64,000 nucleotides of DNA, from NCBI RefSeq assembly GCF_006345805.1, contig NC_043000.1, positions 48,236,001 to 48,300,000 of the forward strand, given 5' to 3'. The DNA comes from Octopus sinensis (lineage: Eukaryota). Both the position numbers and the translations under genes were made by a program. This document shows, one piece after another, positions 1-13,137 of this stretch. Under the pieces are notes generated by a model. That model did no database searches. It was not told the DNA's origin and saw only the letters and a list, made by a program, of their open reading frames with translations. The stretch's first letter is position 1, and every line of letters begins with the position of its first letter.

Positions 1-145
1 TGCTGTTAGTGATTTCATTTCCATCTTGGACTTCTTCCCATTCACCTTTCCAACAAAGAGCTATGCTTGAAACATCAAAACCTCTCTCTTTTTGCAGAGC
101 ATCAAACTAATACTTGTGCAGCTCCTCTTCTAAAATTCATTTACC

Positions 146-1235
146 CATGAGGAAAAATACTCCTCCAGTACTGTTCTGACCTCATCTACAGAATTCATAT
201 TTTTTTCCATCCAAATGATTTTGAAGACTGTGGAATATATGATAATCAGATGTGACAATGTCCGGCAAATATGGTGGGTGGAGCATCGTTTCCCATTCAA
301 ACTGCTCCAGTCTTTGGAATGTCATCCTTGCTATATGTGGCTGAGCATTATCCTGATAGAAGAACACCTTTTGTCTTGAAACCAAAGATGGTCGTTTTTC
401 TTCTAGCCCTTCTGACAGTAAATCTCTTTTGTTATCATTTGGTTTGGCTTTAAAAGTTCAAAGTGGACTAAACCCTTCATATCTCACTAAACAGATACCA
501 ATACCTTACGTGGTGAAGACCTTCTTTAGCATAGGGTGTCAGTGTTTCTCCCTCACCTACCCACAGTCTTTGGCACTTAACATTTCTATAGAGAACCCAT
601 TTCTGATGACTAGTCACTATCCAGTCCAAAACAAGGTTCATTTGTGAGATGTGTCAGCAAAGAATAGTACACATTCACTCTTTGTACACAATTAGACTCA
701 GAAAGTTTGTGAGGAAACCATTGACCCAATTTTCTGACTTTTCTGATGGCATGCAGGTGTTGATGAATGGTTTAATGACCCTATCCAAGCTTCTCTGCTA
801 ATTCCACAGTTGTGATGGGATATTGTTCCACTAAGGTTTGCAGGACATCCTTGATGAGCTCTACAGATCTTCCAAGATGAGGATCTTCTTCTAGGCTGTA
901 GTTTCTGGCTCTGAATTTCTGGAGCCACTGTTGACACTGGATTATGTTTATTGAAGGATCCCCATATACATCATTAATATTCTTCTAACTTTCCATTGTG
1001 TTGTTGCCTTTATTGAACTCATAAAGCTAAATATGCCAAATATGCTCCTTTGTCACTTCCATTATAACTTTGAAAAAATAACAGTTAAAATCAAACTGCA
1101 CTCTTCAAAACTTGCACTATGAATAAGCACAAGGTAAAATTACTACCTGTTTTCATAGCAAGTCAATGCAGGTAGTTTATCCCGTCCCCCTCCAACTTTT
1201 GTAAAAAACTGCATTATTTATTAGATGACCCAATA
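146..1235 (-). mobile_element. Decayed Tc1/mariner (mariner-family) transposon, 3'-truncated
   Basis: Minus-strand motifs KLGQWFPHKL (WVPHEL-like, ~700-735), LDWIVTSHQKWVLY (ITGDEKW-like, ~587-630) and QDNAQPH...HPPYLPDIVTSDYHIFHSLQNHL (ORF 182-385). TIR-like end TATTGGGTCATCTAATAAATAATGCAG at ~1209-1235 next to TA. Many stops and frameshifts. Confidence 0.92.
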
Positions 1236-1339
1236 TATCAGCATTAGCATCATTTAGCATCTAACCATGCTGCCATGGGTTGGAAGTAAAAGAATCCTAA
1301 ATGAAAAAAAAAAAATCATAAATACTGATATGATAGAAA

Positions 1340-1719
1340 TATTGGGATGGAAATGATGAAGGTAGTGACAATAATAACAAACACGATGATGATGATGACA
1401 GCAACAATGAGGACTTTAGCGATGACAATGATGATGGTAATTTCAGCGATGGTGTTGATCGTCATCGTAGTTTTCATTTTTATAAATACCCTCACCATCA
1501 TCATCATTGTCGTCATCATCATCATCATGTTCACCGTCATTGCCGTCATCATCATCGTCATCACCACCACCATCACCATCATCATCATCGTCAACATTGT
1601 CATTTCAGAAAGTTTTAACTTTTGATTTATTCTACAAGATTAGACATCATATTATGCATTTATGCATGCCTCAAAATATGTATATCATCACCATCATCAT
1701 CATCATCATCATTATTAAC

Positions 1720-1751
<32 letters not shown>

Positions 1752-1790
1752 CACCATTGCTATCATTGCTGTTGCTGTGATTGTCATTCA
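1340..1790. repeat. Degenerate (GAT)n / (CAT)n / (AAT)n trinucleotide microsatellites
   Basis: Directly visible; explains the poly-M/I/S ORFs at 1316-1827. Confidence 0.9.
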
Positions 1791-2036
1791 CTACCCTTTT
1801 TTTTTTTTTTCAATTCAATATCAATGAAAGTCACACACCATTTGTGAATAAATAGTGAGCAGTTCTGTTATGAAGATTCAAGGAAAAGTGAAATTCCATA
1901 TCAGAACTGATAAAATTCATATTGAAAACTAGTGGGTGGTAGAATTTTCACTGAGCCATTTTCAATATAAATTTTACTAGTAAAAGTGATGGCATTATTA
2001 TTATTATTATTATTATATTATTATTATTATTTATTA

Positions 2037-2072
<36 letters not shown>

Positions 2073-2994
2073 ACTAGCATGATTTCTTGTAGATTTTCAT
2101 TTTTACAAACTTTACATTTTACAATATTAGATTTTTAATTTAGCAAGTTAATATTTGCAGGTTTACTTTATAGAAATTGATGATTTTTATTTATTATTTT
2201 TTGTTGTTGCTGTTATTATAACCTTTTCTTTTTCCTTTTTTTTTTAACTACTTTTAATGTCTTGGCCAGTTTTGCTGCCAGTTCCTTCCTTATTCCTGTA
2301 TAACTTTATATACTCTGATTCACAAAGTAGATCAAAGATGAAGAGATATTACCACTGAACAAGCAATGTGGAATGTCTTCAAAAATATTATATTAATCCT
2401 GTTGCAATACTTGTAAAAGTAAAATTGATTTTTCACAAGATAGTCGGCATCGGTTCTTTGCTAGGTCTTTCACAGTTTGTTTGTGTCTTTTTAGTTTGTT
2501 TTTTGTCTTTTTTCTTCCCCCTACCCACCCACCCACACACACACACAGCCGATTCTTATCTCGACATAAGAATTAAATATAATATTCGCAGTCTTTTCTT
2601 CTTCTTCCTTCCAAGTTAGTGAGATATAGTAAACAGAGTAGACAGTTCTGAATATTAGATGCAACTGGAATGAATTAAGATTACGAATTTGACAACATAG
2701 GTAAACAAAAAACAATAAAAGAATAAAATAAAATAAAATAAAATAATAAACCTGGAATATTTTATCTCGATATTCAGTTATCTCATTGAAACAATACTTC
2801 TATCACATTTACTGGACAACTTTGTATAAGTTTGTAAACAACATATATGAATTCCCGATATGCTTTATTGCTTGTGTGGCATTGATATTTAATCACTAAA
2901 TAGCCTTTTATTCCATATTCTACATGATGTTGTTATCATTCTGTTCTGCTCTTTAGTTGTTTTCAAGTGTCCTATACCAATAAATACATACGTA

Positions 2995-3031
<37 letters not shown>

Positions 3032-3033
<2 letters not shown>

Positions 3034-3580
3034 TTTATCTTTCATCTTTTACTTGTTTCAGTCATTAGACTGTGGCCATGCTGTGGCACCACCTTGTAGA
3101 ATTTATAGTCGAATGTATTGACCCCAGTACATTTTTGTTCTAAAGCCTGGTATTTATTCCAACGATTTATTTTGCCAAACTGCTAAGTAACAGGGACATA
3201 AACACACCAACACTGGTTGTCAAGCAGTGAAGCAGGGACAAACACATATACATAGATACACACACACATACATATATATTCATATGACGGGCTTCTTTCA
3301 GTTTCTGACTACCAAATCCACTTACAAAGGCGTTTGTCGGCCCAAAGCTTAAGTAGAATGCATTTGCCCCCAAGGTGCCACTCAACCACTCCACAGAGTC
3401 GACTATATATATGTATATCTCTTTCTCTTTTCTCTTTTACTTGTTTCAGTCATTTGACTGCGGCCATGCTGGAGCACCGCCTTTAGTCGAGCAAATCGAC
3501 CCCGGGACTTATTCTTTGTAAGCCCCAGTACTTATTCTATCGGTCTCTTTTGCCGAACCGCTAAGTAACCGCTAAGTAAC
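3032..3580 (-). mobile_element. Two partial copies of SINE family A
   Basis: Reverse complement of the 6096-6522 element (cttgtttcagtcatt..., ctgctaagt, ttctttcagtttc, ccaaatccact). Confidence 0.85.
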
Positions 3581-4117
3581 GATGATATATATATATATAT
3601 ATATATATTCAATATTATTATCATCATCATTGTCAACATCATCAGTCACTTTAATGTTCACTTTGTGATGATTGCATGACTCAGAAGTAATTTGTTGAAA
3701 CAAATTTTTTTTATGGTCAGATGCCCTTCCTGTTGCCAACCATCACTTTTCTTCTAAGTTAGGTAATAATTCTCCTTGATGGGAGGACTAGAAAAAAAGT
3801 CACTGTTTTCATGACAGTAATGTTTACAAGAGACACAACGAGACACAAACACACCTGCCCACATATAAGAGTGCTTCTTTCAGTTCCCAACAATAAAACC
3901 AACTCACAAGACTTTGGCAAGCCCTGAGCTATAATAGAAGACATTGCCTAATTTGCTATGCAGTATATACATATATTTATGTGTTTTCCTATCTGTTCAT
4001 CTGTGTCTGTCTGTCTGTCTCTTTCATCCCTTTATCCGTCAATTCATCCATCCCTCCATCTGTCTATCCCTCCCCCTATCCATCCATCAATCCATGCATC
4101 CATCTGTCTGACTGTTC

Positions 4118-4182
<65 letters not shown>

Positions 4183-4214
4183 CTTGTCTGTTTATATATA
4201 TATATATATATATA

Positions 4215-4444
4215 TTTCTTTACTACCCACAAGGGGCTAAACACAGAGGGGACAAACCAGGACAGACAAACGAATTAAGTCGATTACATCGACCCCAGTG
4301 CGTAACTGGTACTTATTTAATCGACCCCGAAAGGATGAAAGGCAAAGTCGACCTCGGCGGAATTTGAACTCAGAATGTAAAGACAAACGGAATACCAATA
4401 AGCATTTCGCCCGGTGTGCTAACGTTTCTGCTAGCTCTCCGCCT
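4215..4444 (-). mobile_element. SINE family B (tRNA-like head plus Deu/Nin-like central domain), young copy
   Basis: Minus strand reads GAGCTAGCAGAAACGTTAGCAC...GAGTTCAAATTCCGCCGAGGTCGACTTTGCCTTTCATCCTTTCGGGGTCGAT..AATAAGTACCAG; CpGs retained. Domain name is from recall of metazoan SINE superfamilies. Confidence 0.85.
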
Positions 4445-5149
4445 GTGTGTGTACATATATATGTACACACACACTGCATCAGGTCTTTTGCAAGCAGTTA
4501 CTGACAGCATGTAAACCTACACATCATGTGCATGTTCGGGTTGTTGACTACTAAACAAGCAACTTCATCATGCCTGTCAGATAAGGAGAATGATTTTGCA
4601 CATTGCAGGATGGAAATGAAGACCTGTCAATGGGCAGATGAACTCAGAAGAATTAATGACTATCCCAGTAATATGCACATATGCACATTAAGTATGTATG
4701 TATGGTTAGCAACATTTTTTTCCGTTTTATTGACATGAAGCATGGAAGAAATAAATTACTTTCATTTCCACAACTTTATGTAGGTGACAGCAGATGAGTA
4801 GAAGCAACTGGTACAGGTGGCAACATAACATTGTTCTGGTCTACAAGCAATAATGCAGGACAATCATTTGAAATAGTGCTTTATGGCCTAGATGCATTCC
4901 GCAAGTTTCATGGTTCTGTGAGGTCCGGAGATCCCTTCAGCCTCCTTGGAAATTTCCTGCATTCTCATACAAGCTCAGTTGTCTTGACTTTATCATATCA
5001 CTGGGGATGTTGTGAGAGAACAAGAGGGTTTCCCACATGTGGTGTGCAGCTCTTTCCACTTAAAAAACCATATGCTGATCAAGCATCTCTGTCTATTGAA
5101 TATAGCTGCATCACACAGATCTCTTGTGGAAAAAGTTAGTTTTAGTGTA

Positions 5150-5485
5150 GTGAGGGCACACGGCTCAGTGGTTAGAGCACTGGAATCACAATTATGAAGT
5201 AGTGAGTTTGATTCCTGGACTAGGCTGTGTGTTGTGTTCTTGAGCAAGACACTTTATTTCACATTGCTCCATTTCACTCAGCTCTAGAAATAAGTTGCGA
5301 CATCACTGGTGCCAAGCTGAATTGGCCTTTGATTTTCCTTTAGATAACATCAGTGGATTGGTGAGAAGGCTGGTATGCATGGGTGAGTGCTGTTCTTCCA
5401 TAAACAACCTTGCCTGAACTTGTGCCTTGCGGGGTAACTTTTTAGGTGCAATCCCATGGTCATTCATGACCGAAGGGGGTCTTTC
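5150..5485 (+). mobile_element. tRNA-derived SINE family D
   Basis: A box GGCTCAGTGGTTAGAGC, B box GAGTTTGATTCC, then CORE/V-like GTTGTGTTCTTGAGCAAGACACTTTA. Confidence 0.75.
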
Positions 5486-5678
5486 GTGGTGGCATATTCC
5501 AAACATCTCTTCTATAGTTTCGGGTTCTCTGAAGAAATAGCACAAGCATATATGCATATATACATACTCATGCACATTCACACAGATACATATAAACATA
5601 CACACATACAAACATAGATATATACATATATAGATGAATACATATCTACATAGATATAACCACACACCACACATACAT

Positions 5679-5720
<42 letters not shown>

Positions 5721-6095
5721 TATATATATATAATAAATATTTACAATATTATATATATCATCATCATCATCATTTAACGTCCATTTGTCCATGCTGGCAT
5801 GGGTTGGACAGCTCGACCAGGGTTAGTAAGCTGAAGAGCTGCTATATATTATAGGGTGGCAGTGTCACTACTGAGTCAGATGAAATGCTTTATTTCAATT
5901 GTTCCATTTCTTTGCATTCTCAGTTCAAATCCTGCTGCAGCCACTTTTGCATTTTATCCCTCCAGGGTTGATATAATAAGATAACAGTCAAATAACTTGG
6001 ATCAGTATATAGTTGACAACTTTCTTCTCCCTAAATGTCAAAGCATAAATCTACTTTAGAAACATATATTATATTATATTATATTATATTATATA

Positions 6096-6257
6096 GGTGC
6101 AGGAGTGGCTGTGTGGTAAGTAGCTTGCTAACCAACCACATGGTTCCGGGTTCAGTTCCACTGCGTGACATATTGGGCAAGTGTCTTCTGCTATAGCCCC
6201 GGGCTGACCAAAGCCTTGTGAGTGGATTTGGTAGACAGAAACTGAAAGAAGCCTGTC

Positions 6258-6305
<48 letters not shown>

Positions 6306-6522
6306 ATGTGTTTGTGTGTCTATGTTTGTCCCCCTTGCATTGCTTGACAACCGATGCTGGTGTGTTTACGTCCCCATCACTTAGCGGTTCGGCATTAGAG
6401 ACCGATAGAATAAGTACTGGGCTTCCAAAGAATAAGTCCCGGGGTCGATTTGCTTGACTAAAGGTGGTGCTCCAGCATGGCCGCAGTCAAATGACTGAAA
6501 CAAGTAAAAGAGAGTAAAAGAG
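6096..6522 (+). mobile_element. Full-length bipartite tRNA-derived SINE family A with internal (TA)n(TG)n
   Basis: A box TGGCTGTGTGG, B box GGTTCAGTTCC, GGGCAAGTGTCTT motif, internal microsatellite, 3' half ending GACTGAAACAAGTAAAAGAG; more than 20 homologous copies or fragments in the window. Confidence 0.9.
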
Positions 6523-7364
6523 TATATTATATTATATTATATTATATCATATTATGCTATATCACATCATGTGATATCATATTACATTATACCATATTAT
6601 AATATATTATATATTATATTATATTATGTCTAAAATCAAACAGTGTGTATGTGCTTCATTGACAATTTAAAATTAGATTTCTTGTTTGAATTGAAACTCA
6701 TGAACTAATAATAATATATAAAAAAAAGTTTCTACTGATAAATGGAAAACACAAATATTTTATAAGCGTCTTTTTCGTAAAGAATATACAAATATTTCTT
6801 CTCATTGGAAGGGGGTTCAACATATTACATTCAAAACATTTGATTACAATAGATTATTTGAAGAACTTGCTATGGAATATGAAGGTTATGTTATCAATTT
6901 CAATAAGTTGATGTTGAATTAGATTTGGTTAAACAGAACTATAATCTTGGAATATTTTTGAAGAAGTTCTTTGAAATAACAATGGCAAAAGAATTGAATA
7001 TTATACTTAATTTATATGTTGTTTTTTTTTTCTTTTATATTTACTAGAACAATCATTATACAGTATTATCCATTGATTTATTGAATGAAATATACAGGGG
7101 GGCTATTTTTGTGCGTTACACAAAATAGAATATTTCAAGCTGGTATAACTGTTAGAAGTCTATGCTATTTGTCTTATGCAAAAATGTTTCGACTACAAAA
7201 TTCCTTCTCTCACACATACCAACTTCTTTCTCTTTTTCTCCTTCTCTCTCTCTCTCTCTCTCTCTCTCTAATATAAATCTTGGACAGTAAATATTACTAA
7301 CTCTTATATTACGTGTTCTACCTTGTTGTTGCTATTCACCTGTTGTATAATACATCAAGGAAAT

Positions 7365-7592
7365 TTAACCCTTCAGTATTCAGATTACTTTGTCATATGT
7401 AATGCTTATTTATTCATCTTGCTTTGAATTAATCATGCATTATCTTATAGCTTTGAGATTTCAAAGATGTGATGGTTTATTTTAAAAATGACATTGTAGT
7501 ATTTGTGTGGGAGGCCAAACCTTTCTGGTCTGATCATAAAACAGGTGGAATATTTAGACTGGATATGACCAGTTTAAATACAAAAGGCTTAA
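7365..7592 (+). mobile_element. piggyBac-type MITE (TTAA target)
   Basis: TTAACCCTTCAGTATT ... AATACAAAAGGCTTAA termini; homologous copies at 10287, 19270 and 63470. Confidence 0.75.
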
Positions 7593-7744
7593 CTCATATC
7601 TAATAAATTAGAAACAATTGTTACAATTTGTCTTCCCTGAGATTCAGTTTTGTTTTTCAATTCAATTTATCTATTTCAATTACAAAATTGTAGCATACTA
7701 CAATTTCTGAACAAAGAAGGGCATAAAACATTTATTCTTTTTTT

Positions 7745-8153
7745 CTTTTATTTGTTTCAGTCATTTGACTGCGGCCATACTGGAGCACCGCCTTTAGTTG
7801 AGCAAATGGGCCCCAGGAATTATTTTTTGGAAGCCTAGTACTTATTGCATCAGTCTCTTTTGCCAAACTGCTAAGTAACGGGGGCCGTAAACACACCACC
7901 ATCGGTTGTCAAGCAATGATGGCGGGGGCCGGGGCAAACAAAGACACGCAAATACATACACACAAACATATATATATATATATATATATTACATATATAC
8001 AACATGCTTCTTTCAGTTCCCATCTACCAAATCCACTCAGAAGGCTTTGATTGACCTGAGGCTACAGTAGAAGACACTTGCCAAAAGTGCCATGCAGTGG
8101 GAATGAACCTGGAGCCATGTGGTTAGTAAGCAAGCTGCTTACCACACAGCCAC
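7745..8153 (-). mobile_element. SINE family A
   Basis: Reverse-complement homology to 6096-6522. Confidence 0.88.
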
Positions 8154-8165
8154 ATATATGTATAT

Positions 8166-8208
<43 letters not shown>

Positions 8209-8431
8209 ATGATGATGATGATGATGAATCATTAGCACATCAGACGAAATGCTTAGTGGTATTTCATTAGTCTATCAGTCTCTCTTGCTGAACTGCTAAG
8301 TGATGGGAATGTAAACACACCAGCATTGGTTGCCAAGCGATGTTGGGGGGACAAACACAGACACACAAGCATATACATACATACATATATATATACATAT
8401 ATATATATACACACATATATATATATATATA

Positions 8432-8827
8432 TAATAAATATTAGGGAATAAATCCAAATTTACAGGGAAAAAATCAGATTTAGGATTAAATCCAATTTTA
8501 TAGTAAAATATTATAAAATATTATTAGAGACAAAACCACTATTTTGCAAAACAAACAAGGAAAGACTTAATCAATACATAAAATTTTAATAAATAGTCAA
8601 AAAAACGCACACAATTGTTTCTTGTCTTGATCGACAATATTCAGGTGGACTTCCAATAAGTCAGTTTCAATTTTGAAACTGACTTATTGGAAGTCCACCT
8701 GAAGATTGTCGATCAAACAAAAACATTGTAGTGGCGGTTTTTTGACTATTTATTAAAATTTTATGTATTGATTAAGTCTTTCCTTGTTTGTTTTGCAAAA
8801 TAGTGGTTTTGTCTCTAATAATATTTA
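8432..8827. mobile_element. Palindromic PLE-like non-autonomous element (about 155-bp arms plus one-sided tail)
   Basis: Near-perfect inverted repeat 8516-8670 / 8673-8826, unpaired tail 8432-8515, (TA)n on both sides. Confidence 0.8.
8695..8734 (+). ncRNA. Minimal type I hammerhead ribozyme motif (degenerate); mirror copy on the - strand at ~8608-8648
   Basis: CCAC-CTGAAGA-TTGTC gatcaa (G)ACAA-(G)AAAC-ATT-GTA-GTGG; the mirror arm supplies intact GACAA-GAAAC-AATT-GT. Confidence 0.65.
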
Positions 8828-9086
8828 TATATATATTATATATAAATACGACGGGCTTCTTTCAGTTTCCGTCTACCAAATCCACACACAAGGCTTTGGT
8901 CGGCTCGAGACTACAGTAGAAGACACTTTCCCCAGGTGCCATGCAGTGGGACTGAATCTGGAACCATGTCGTTGCTAAGCAAGCTACTTATCACACACCC
9001 AGGTTTACAAAGGCCAAAATTGGTACTGGCAGTTTTGCAGTTCTTGTAAATGAAATAACAAAGCAACAACAGCAAAAATAACAACA

Positions 9087-9385
9087 GTCCCAGTAATTAT
9101 TATTTTCAAAGCCTAGTACTTATTCTATCTATCTTTTTTGCCAAACCACTAAGTTACAGGGACATAAACACACTAAAAACTGTTGTCATGTGGTGAGGGA
9201 CAAGCACAGATAAAAACACAAATATACACAATGAGCTTCTTTCCAGTTTCCTTCTACCAAATCTACTCACAATGCTTTGCTTGGCATGAGGCTATATTTG
9301 AAGACACTTGCTGAAGGTGCCATGCAGTGGGACTGAACCCAGAACCATGAGGTTGGGATGCAAACTTCTTACCTGACAGCCACAG
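9087..9385 (-). mobile_element. SINE family A (older copy)
   Basis: Homology to 6096-6522. Confidence 0.8.
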
Positions 9386-10286
9386 TAAACCACTGTTTAC
9401 AAAGTACTGATTTACAGGATAAAGAAGGTATTATAATCTACTTGCAGTTGCTGGATAAGTGATTAATGTATAGAAATAACAGATTTTACATGATGTGGTG
9501 CATCAGTAGGAATTGACAGCTTTTGTTTGGGAGGGAAATACTATGTTTATGATTATATTATTCCTTTATATCAATTGTACAAATATTCTAATATAGCGCA
9601 GTGCATCTGGTGAGCTCCTTAATCTATTGTATTATAAGGGCTCCATATACATATTTATATTCATATAGAATAGCTTGTGAAGATTTGCTTGAGGAAAATC
9701 TACTGCTCTCACAACCAAACCCACACTTTGCACAAATAAACCTATTTTATGGAGTTTACTAGAATTTAGAGCAGCAAATCGTTCTTGCCATGAGGAACAG
9801 TGAAAGTTGTTTATTATAATCATGGATAATGTTATCAAAACAATCATTGTTATCAAAATTAGTGGGTTCAAAACATGCTTAGAAAACCGTCATATTCACT
9901 ATTTAATGTTTTCAGACAACTATTGTTATCTAAAATTTCCCTATACCTAAAATGATCATAATAAGCAGCTTACATTGTGCTTCTTTTCAACTAGAGGAAT
10001 TTTACCATTTGAGATCTAAAAATGTTTTGGTGGTGGATAAAATGTAGAACATGTAAGAAAATATGAAAATATTAACTTCTTGGTGATTTGTCCTATATTG
10101 TGGTCCTTCTGTTCTGTTTCAAGGAAGACAAAATTAATTTACACAGCACTTTGCATAAACTTATAATCATTATGTCTACAATCCTTGATATATGTCCAGT
10201 GTCTCTCATGTGTTATTTTTCGTGTTTCTGATTTATAAGCATTTGTTTTTGTAAAGAAAAACAAAACTTTACCGGAATGAAAAGTC

Positions 10287-10492
10287 TTAACCACTTAGCA
10301 TTCAAATTACTCAGTCAAATGCATTGCTTGTGTATTCACGTTGCTTTGAATTAATCATGCATTGTCTTACAACTTCAATATTTTAATGATGCGATTGTTT
10401 ATTATTAGAATGACATTGTAGGGTAGGTGTGAGAAGCCAAATTTGATTAGTTTCGACATAACACATATAGAATATTTTGACTAAAAAGTTAA
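10287..10492 (+). mobile_element. piggyBac-type MITE copy
   Basis: TTAACCACTTAGCATT ... CTAAAAAGTTAA; shares ctttgaattaatcatgcatt with the 7365 copy. Confidence 0.72.
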
Positions 10493-11909
10493 TGTATCTT
10501 CAATTGTTCAAGACATCTAATAAGTTTCTTGTTTAATCACCAACCATCAATATATGTGTATGCGCTGTGTGCACAAGGTTCCCTGCAGACAGGCTACTGA
10601 TATTAAATAAAATGTTAAGCACTTATAGAATGCAAATTAGTTGCTCCACTTCTCTGAAGCAACAAGATTTGATGTGTGTATAAACAGATTGGTGGTTTAC
10701 CTCTCAGGAAGTGGTCAAGTGTTGTAAGCACCTCTGATGTGTTCCCAAAAAGGGTTAGTAATCTATTAAGGCTGGTTTTTCAGTTTTATATTTGTGTGTC
10801 TACTACGTAGGCTTTTATACATATATGTTTATAAACATATGTGAATATTATAACTATATATATGCATATCTATATATACATATACAAGTATCTATATGTG
10901 CATTGATTTGTATTGAGTGAATGAGATGTAAGCACTCAATACATGTACAGGCTATGTTTTTTATTTTATTGAATATGAGAGTTTTTCACCAAATTCTTGA
11001 TATATTCATGTATATCTGATCTGTATACAGTTCTCTGCAAATATATCTACACGCAAATACATACACACACACACACACACACACACAGATATATATACAT
11101 ATTTATAGGTGTGGAAGTGAGTGTGAAAGTGCACCTATATATTTAACTAGATAGATTTATAATGATATATGTTTGCGCGTGTGCACACACACACACATAC
11201 ATACACACACACGTTTCCATCTGACTTTCTTCTATTTTTGTTTAATAAGCATATGAATTTCTTTACACAACAAAGCACTCAAAATTGTTATTGCTGTGTT
11301 TATCTCTGTGATGATAATGAAAGCCACTGTGCAAGTGAATTTTGAGTGGTTTGTGTTCTAGTAAAGACATTTTCATCACTCAAGTTATTTGCTTCTGTCT
11401 CCTATAAACTGACACCTCAAAGGCTTTTATAGAATTCTACTTATTTGGAGAAGCCAATATAATCATAGAGATAAGCTTCAAGAAATATTATTTTGGATTT
11501 TAAATCCTCTACTTTGATAGGATATTTCTACCACCTTTTCATTTACGTGGTTATTTCCATTCATTTTTTAATCTTTTTCCTTAATATATATAAACACACA
11601 CATACAGTGTTCCATAGTACTACTCCTTCATTTTTACTACATCTTTTTTACACATCTTCTCCATCTCTCATTCATACTCTCTCTCTCACACATTTTCTCA
11701 ATCTCACTCTCTCTTTCTTAATATCTTTGCTGAAGTCTTTACTCCTAATCTCTCCAGCTTATGGTTCTCTGTACTTAGTCAATCTATCATTAAACTGTCT
11801 CTCTCATTTAATTCCTTCTTTTTACTGCTTGCTTTATTTTAACACATATTTTCATTTTGTTTTCTTTTTTTTTTTGTTTGCGTCTTCTATCATTAAATAC
11901 TCCCTTTCA

Positions 11910-11943
11910 ATTATTATTATTATTATTATTATTATTATCATCA

Positions 11944-11989
<46 letters not shown>

Positions 11990-12290
11990 CATTATTATTA
12001 TTATTACTATTATTATTACTATTCTTATTATTATTATCATTATTAGTTTTAGTATATTATAACACACACAGACTTAACATACATATAAAAACACATATGA
12101 TATGTAATAAATATGTACACGTATCTGTATGTGCGAATATATATATGTATATGTATGTATGTATGTATATATATAATATATATATATATAATATATATAT
12201 ATATATACACACATATATATATGTATGTGTGTATATATATATATATTATATATATACACACATATATATATGTATGTGTGTATATAAAAA
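11910..12290. repeat. (ATT)n and (TA)n/(TATG)n microsatellites
   Basis: Directly visible. Confidence 0.9.
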
Positions 12291-12463
12291 GCACCCACTA
12301 CACTCACGGAGTGGTTGGCGTTAGGAAGGGCATCCAGCCGTAGAAACACTGCCAGAGTTGACTGGGCCTGATGAAGCCTTCTGGCTTCACAGACCCCAGT
12401 AGAACCGTCCAACCCATGCTAGCATGGAAAACGGACGCTAAATGATGATGATGATGATGATGA
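12288..12463 (+). mobile_element. SINE family C 3' part (Meta/MESC-like domain, (GAT)n tail)
   Basis: GGTTGGCGTTAGGAAGGGCATCCAGCCGTAGAAAC...CCCATGCTAGCATGGAAAACGGACG then (GAT)n; longer copy at 55166. Confidence 0.8.
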
Positions 12464-13137
12464 TATATATATATGTATGTATTTTATTGTATTTTATCTC
12501 CTTGAAATCTCAGTTGTTTTACTTATTCTATATCACTTCACATTTCAAAAATTATCTTTCTTCATAACTTTATTGTTGTAATTTAATTACCTCCCTTACT
12601 TTCTTTTACACCGCTACCTACGTATATGTCTGTTATTTTCTACTAAAATTTTACACCATGCATCTGCTCTTCAAGAAGTCTCTTAACTTCAGCTGTCAGT
12701 CTCAATGTCTTTATTCATGTGTCTGTACATCTGGTGCCCTGTTTCACCATCTTTCACTCTCTTTCTCCTCCTCTCTTGAGCTGTGTTCTTTCTAAGACAT
12801 TTTTTTCTTTTATTTTTTTTTTTGTAGCTTTTGTAAATGTTTTGCTAAACTGTCTCAACATTACAACTCTATCAGTTTCTAAAATTCAAAATTTCCATAG
12901 AAATGCTTAATGAAAATTCAGTAATGTTTAGCTTAATATCTAGGATGTATTTCAAAGACATGACAAAGATATGTAGTGTCAGTGTAAGCTGTCAACAGGA
13001 AGAATGATGGCAAATTTGTTGGATTTCAGGAGTTATACAATAATATTTTACTTGAATGAAGTTATTGTTAAAACATACACAAGCACATTCATACACACAC
13101 ATACACACCAGAACATAAGTGTGCATGCTTGTATAAA

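Larger units (their letters stand above)
8270..8997 (-). mobile_element. SINE family A split by a fold-back element inserted in its internal (TA)n
   Basis: 3' half at 8270-8380 and head half at 8845-8997 flank the 8432-8827 palindrome. Confidence 0.8.

Noticed and set aside
4500-5139. ORFs 4526-4738 and 4831-5139 in complex sequence
   Set aside because: No recognisable motif or convincing splice pair; probably a very old LINE remnant
5150-5222. tRNA-like A/B boxes here and in SINE A heads
   Set aside because: No cloverleaf; they continue into SINE bodies
6084-6457. Recurrent peptides such as DRLLSVSVYQIHSQGFG in many ORFs
   Set aside because: Translations of SINE family A, not a gene family
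10909-10943. Small hairpin TGTATTGAGTG / CACTCAATACA
   Set aside because: 11-bp stem only, no ribozyme core; may be chance or a tiny relic
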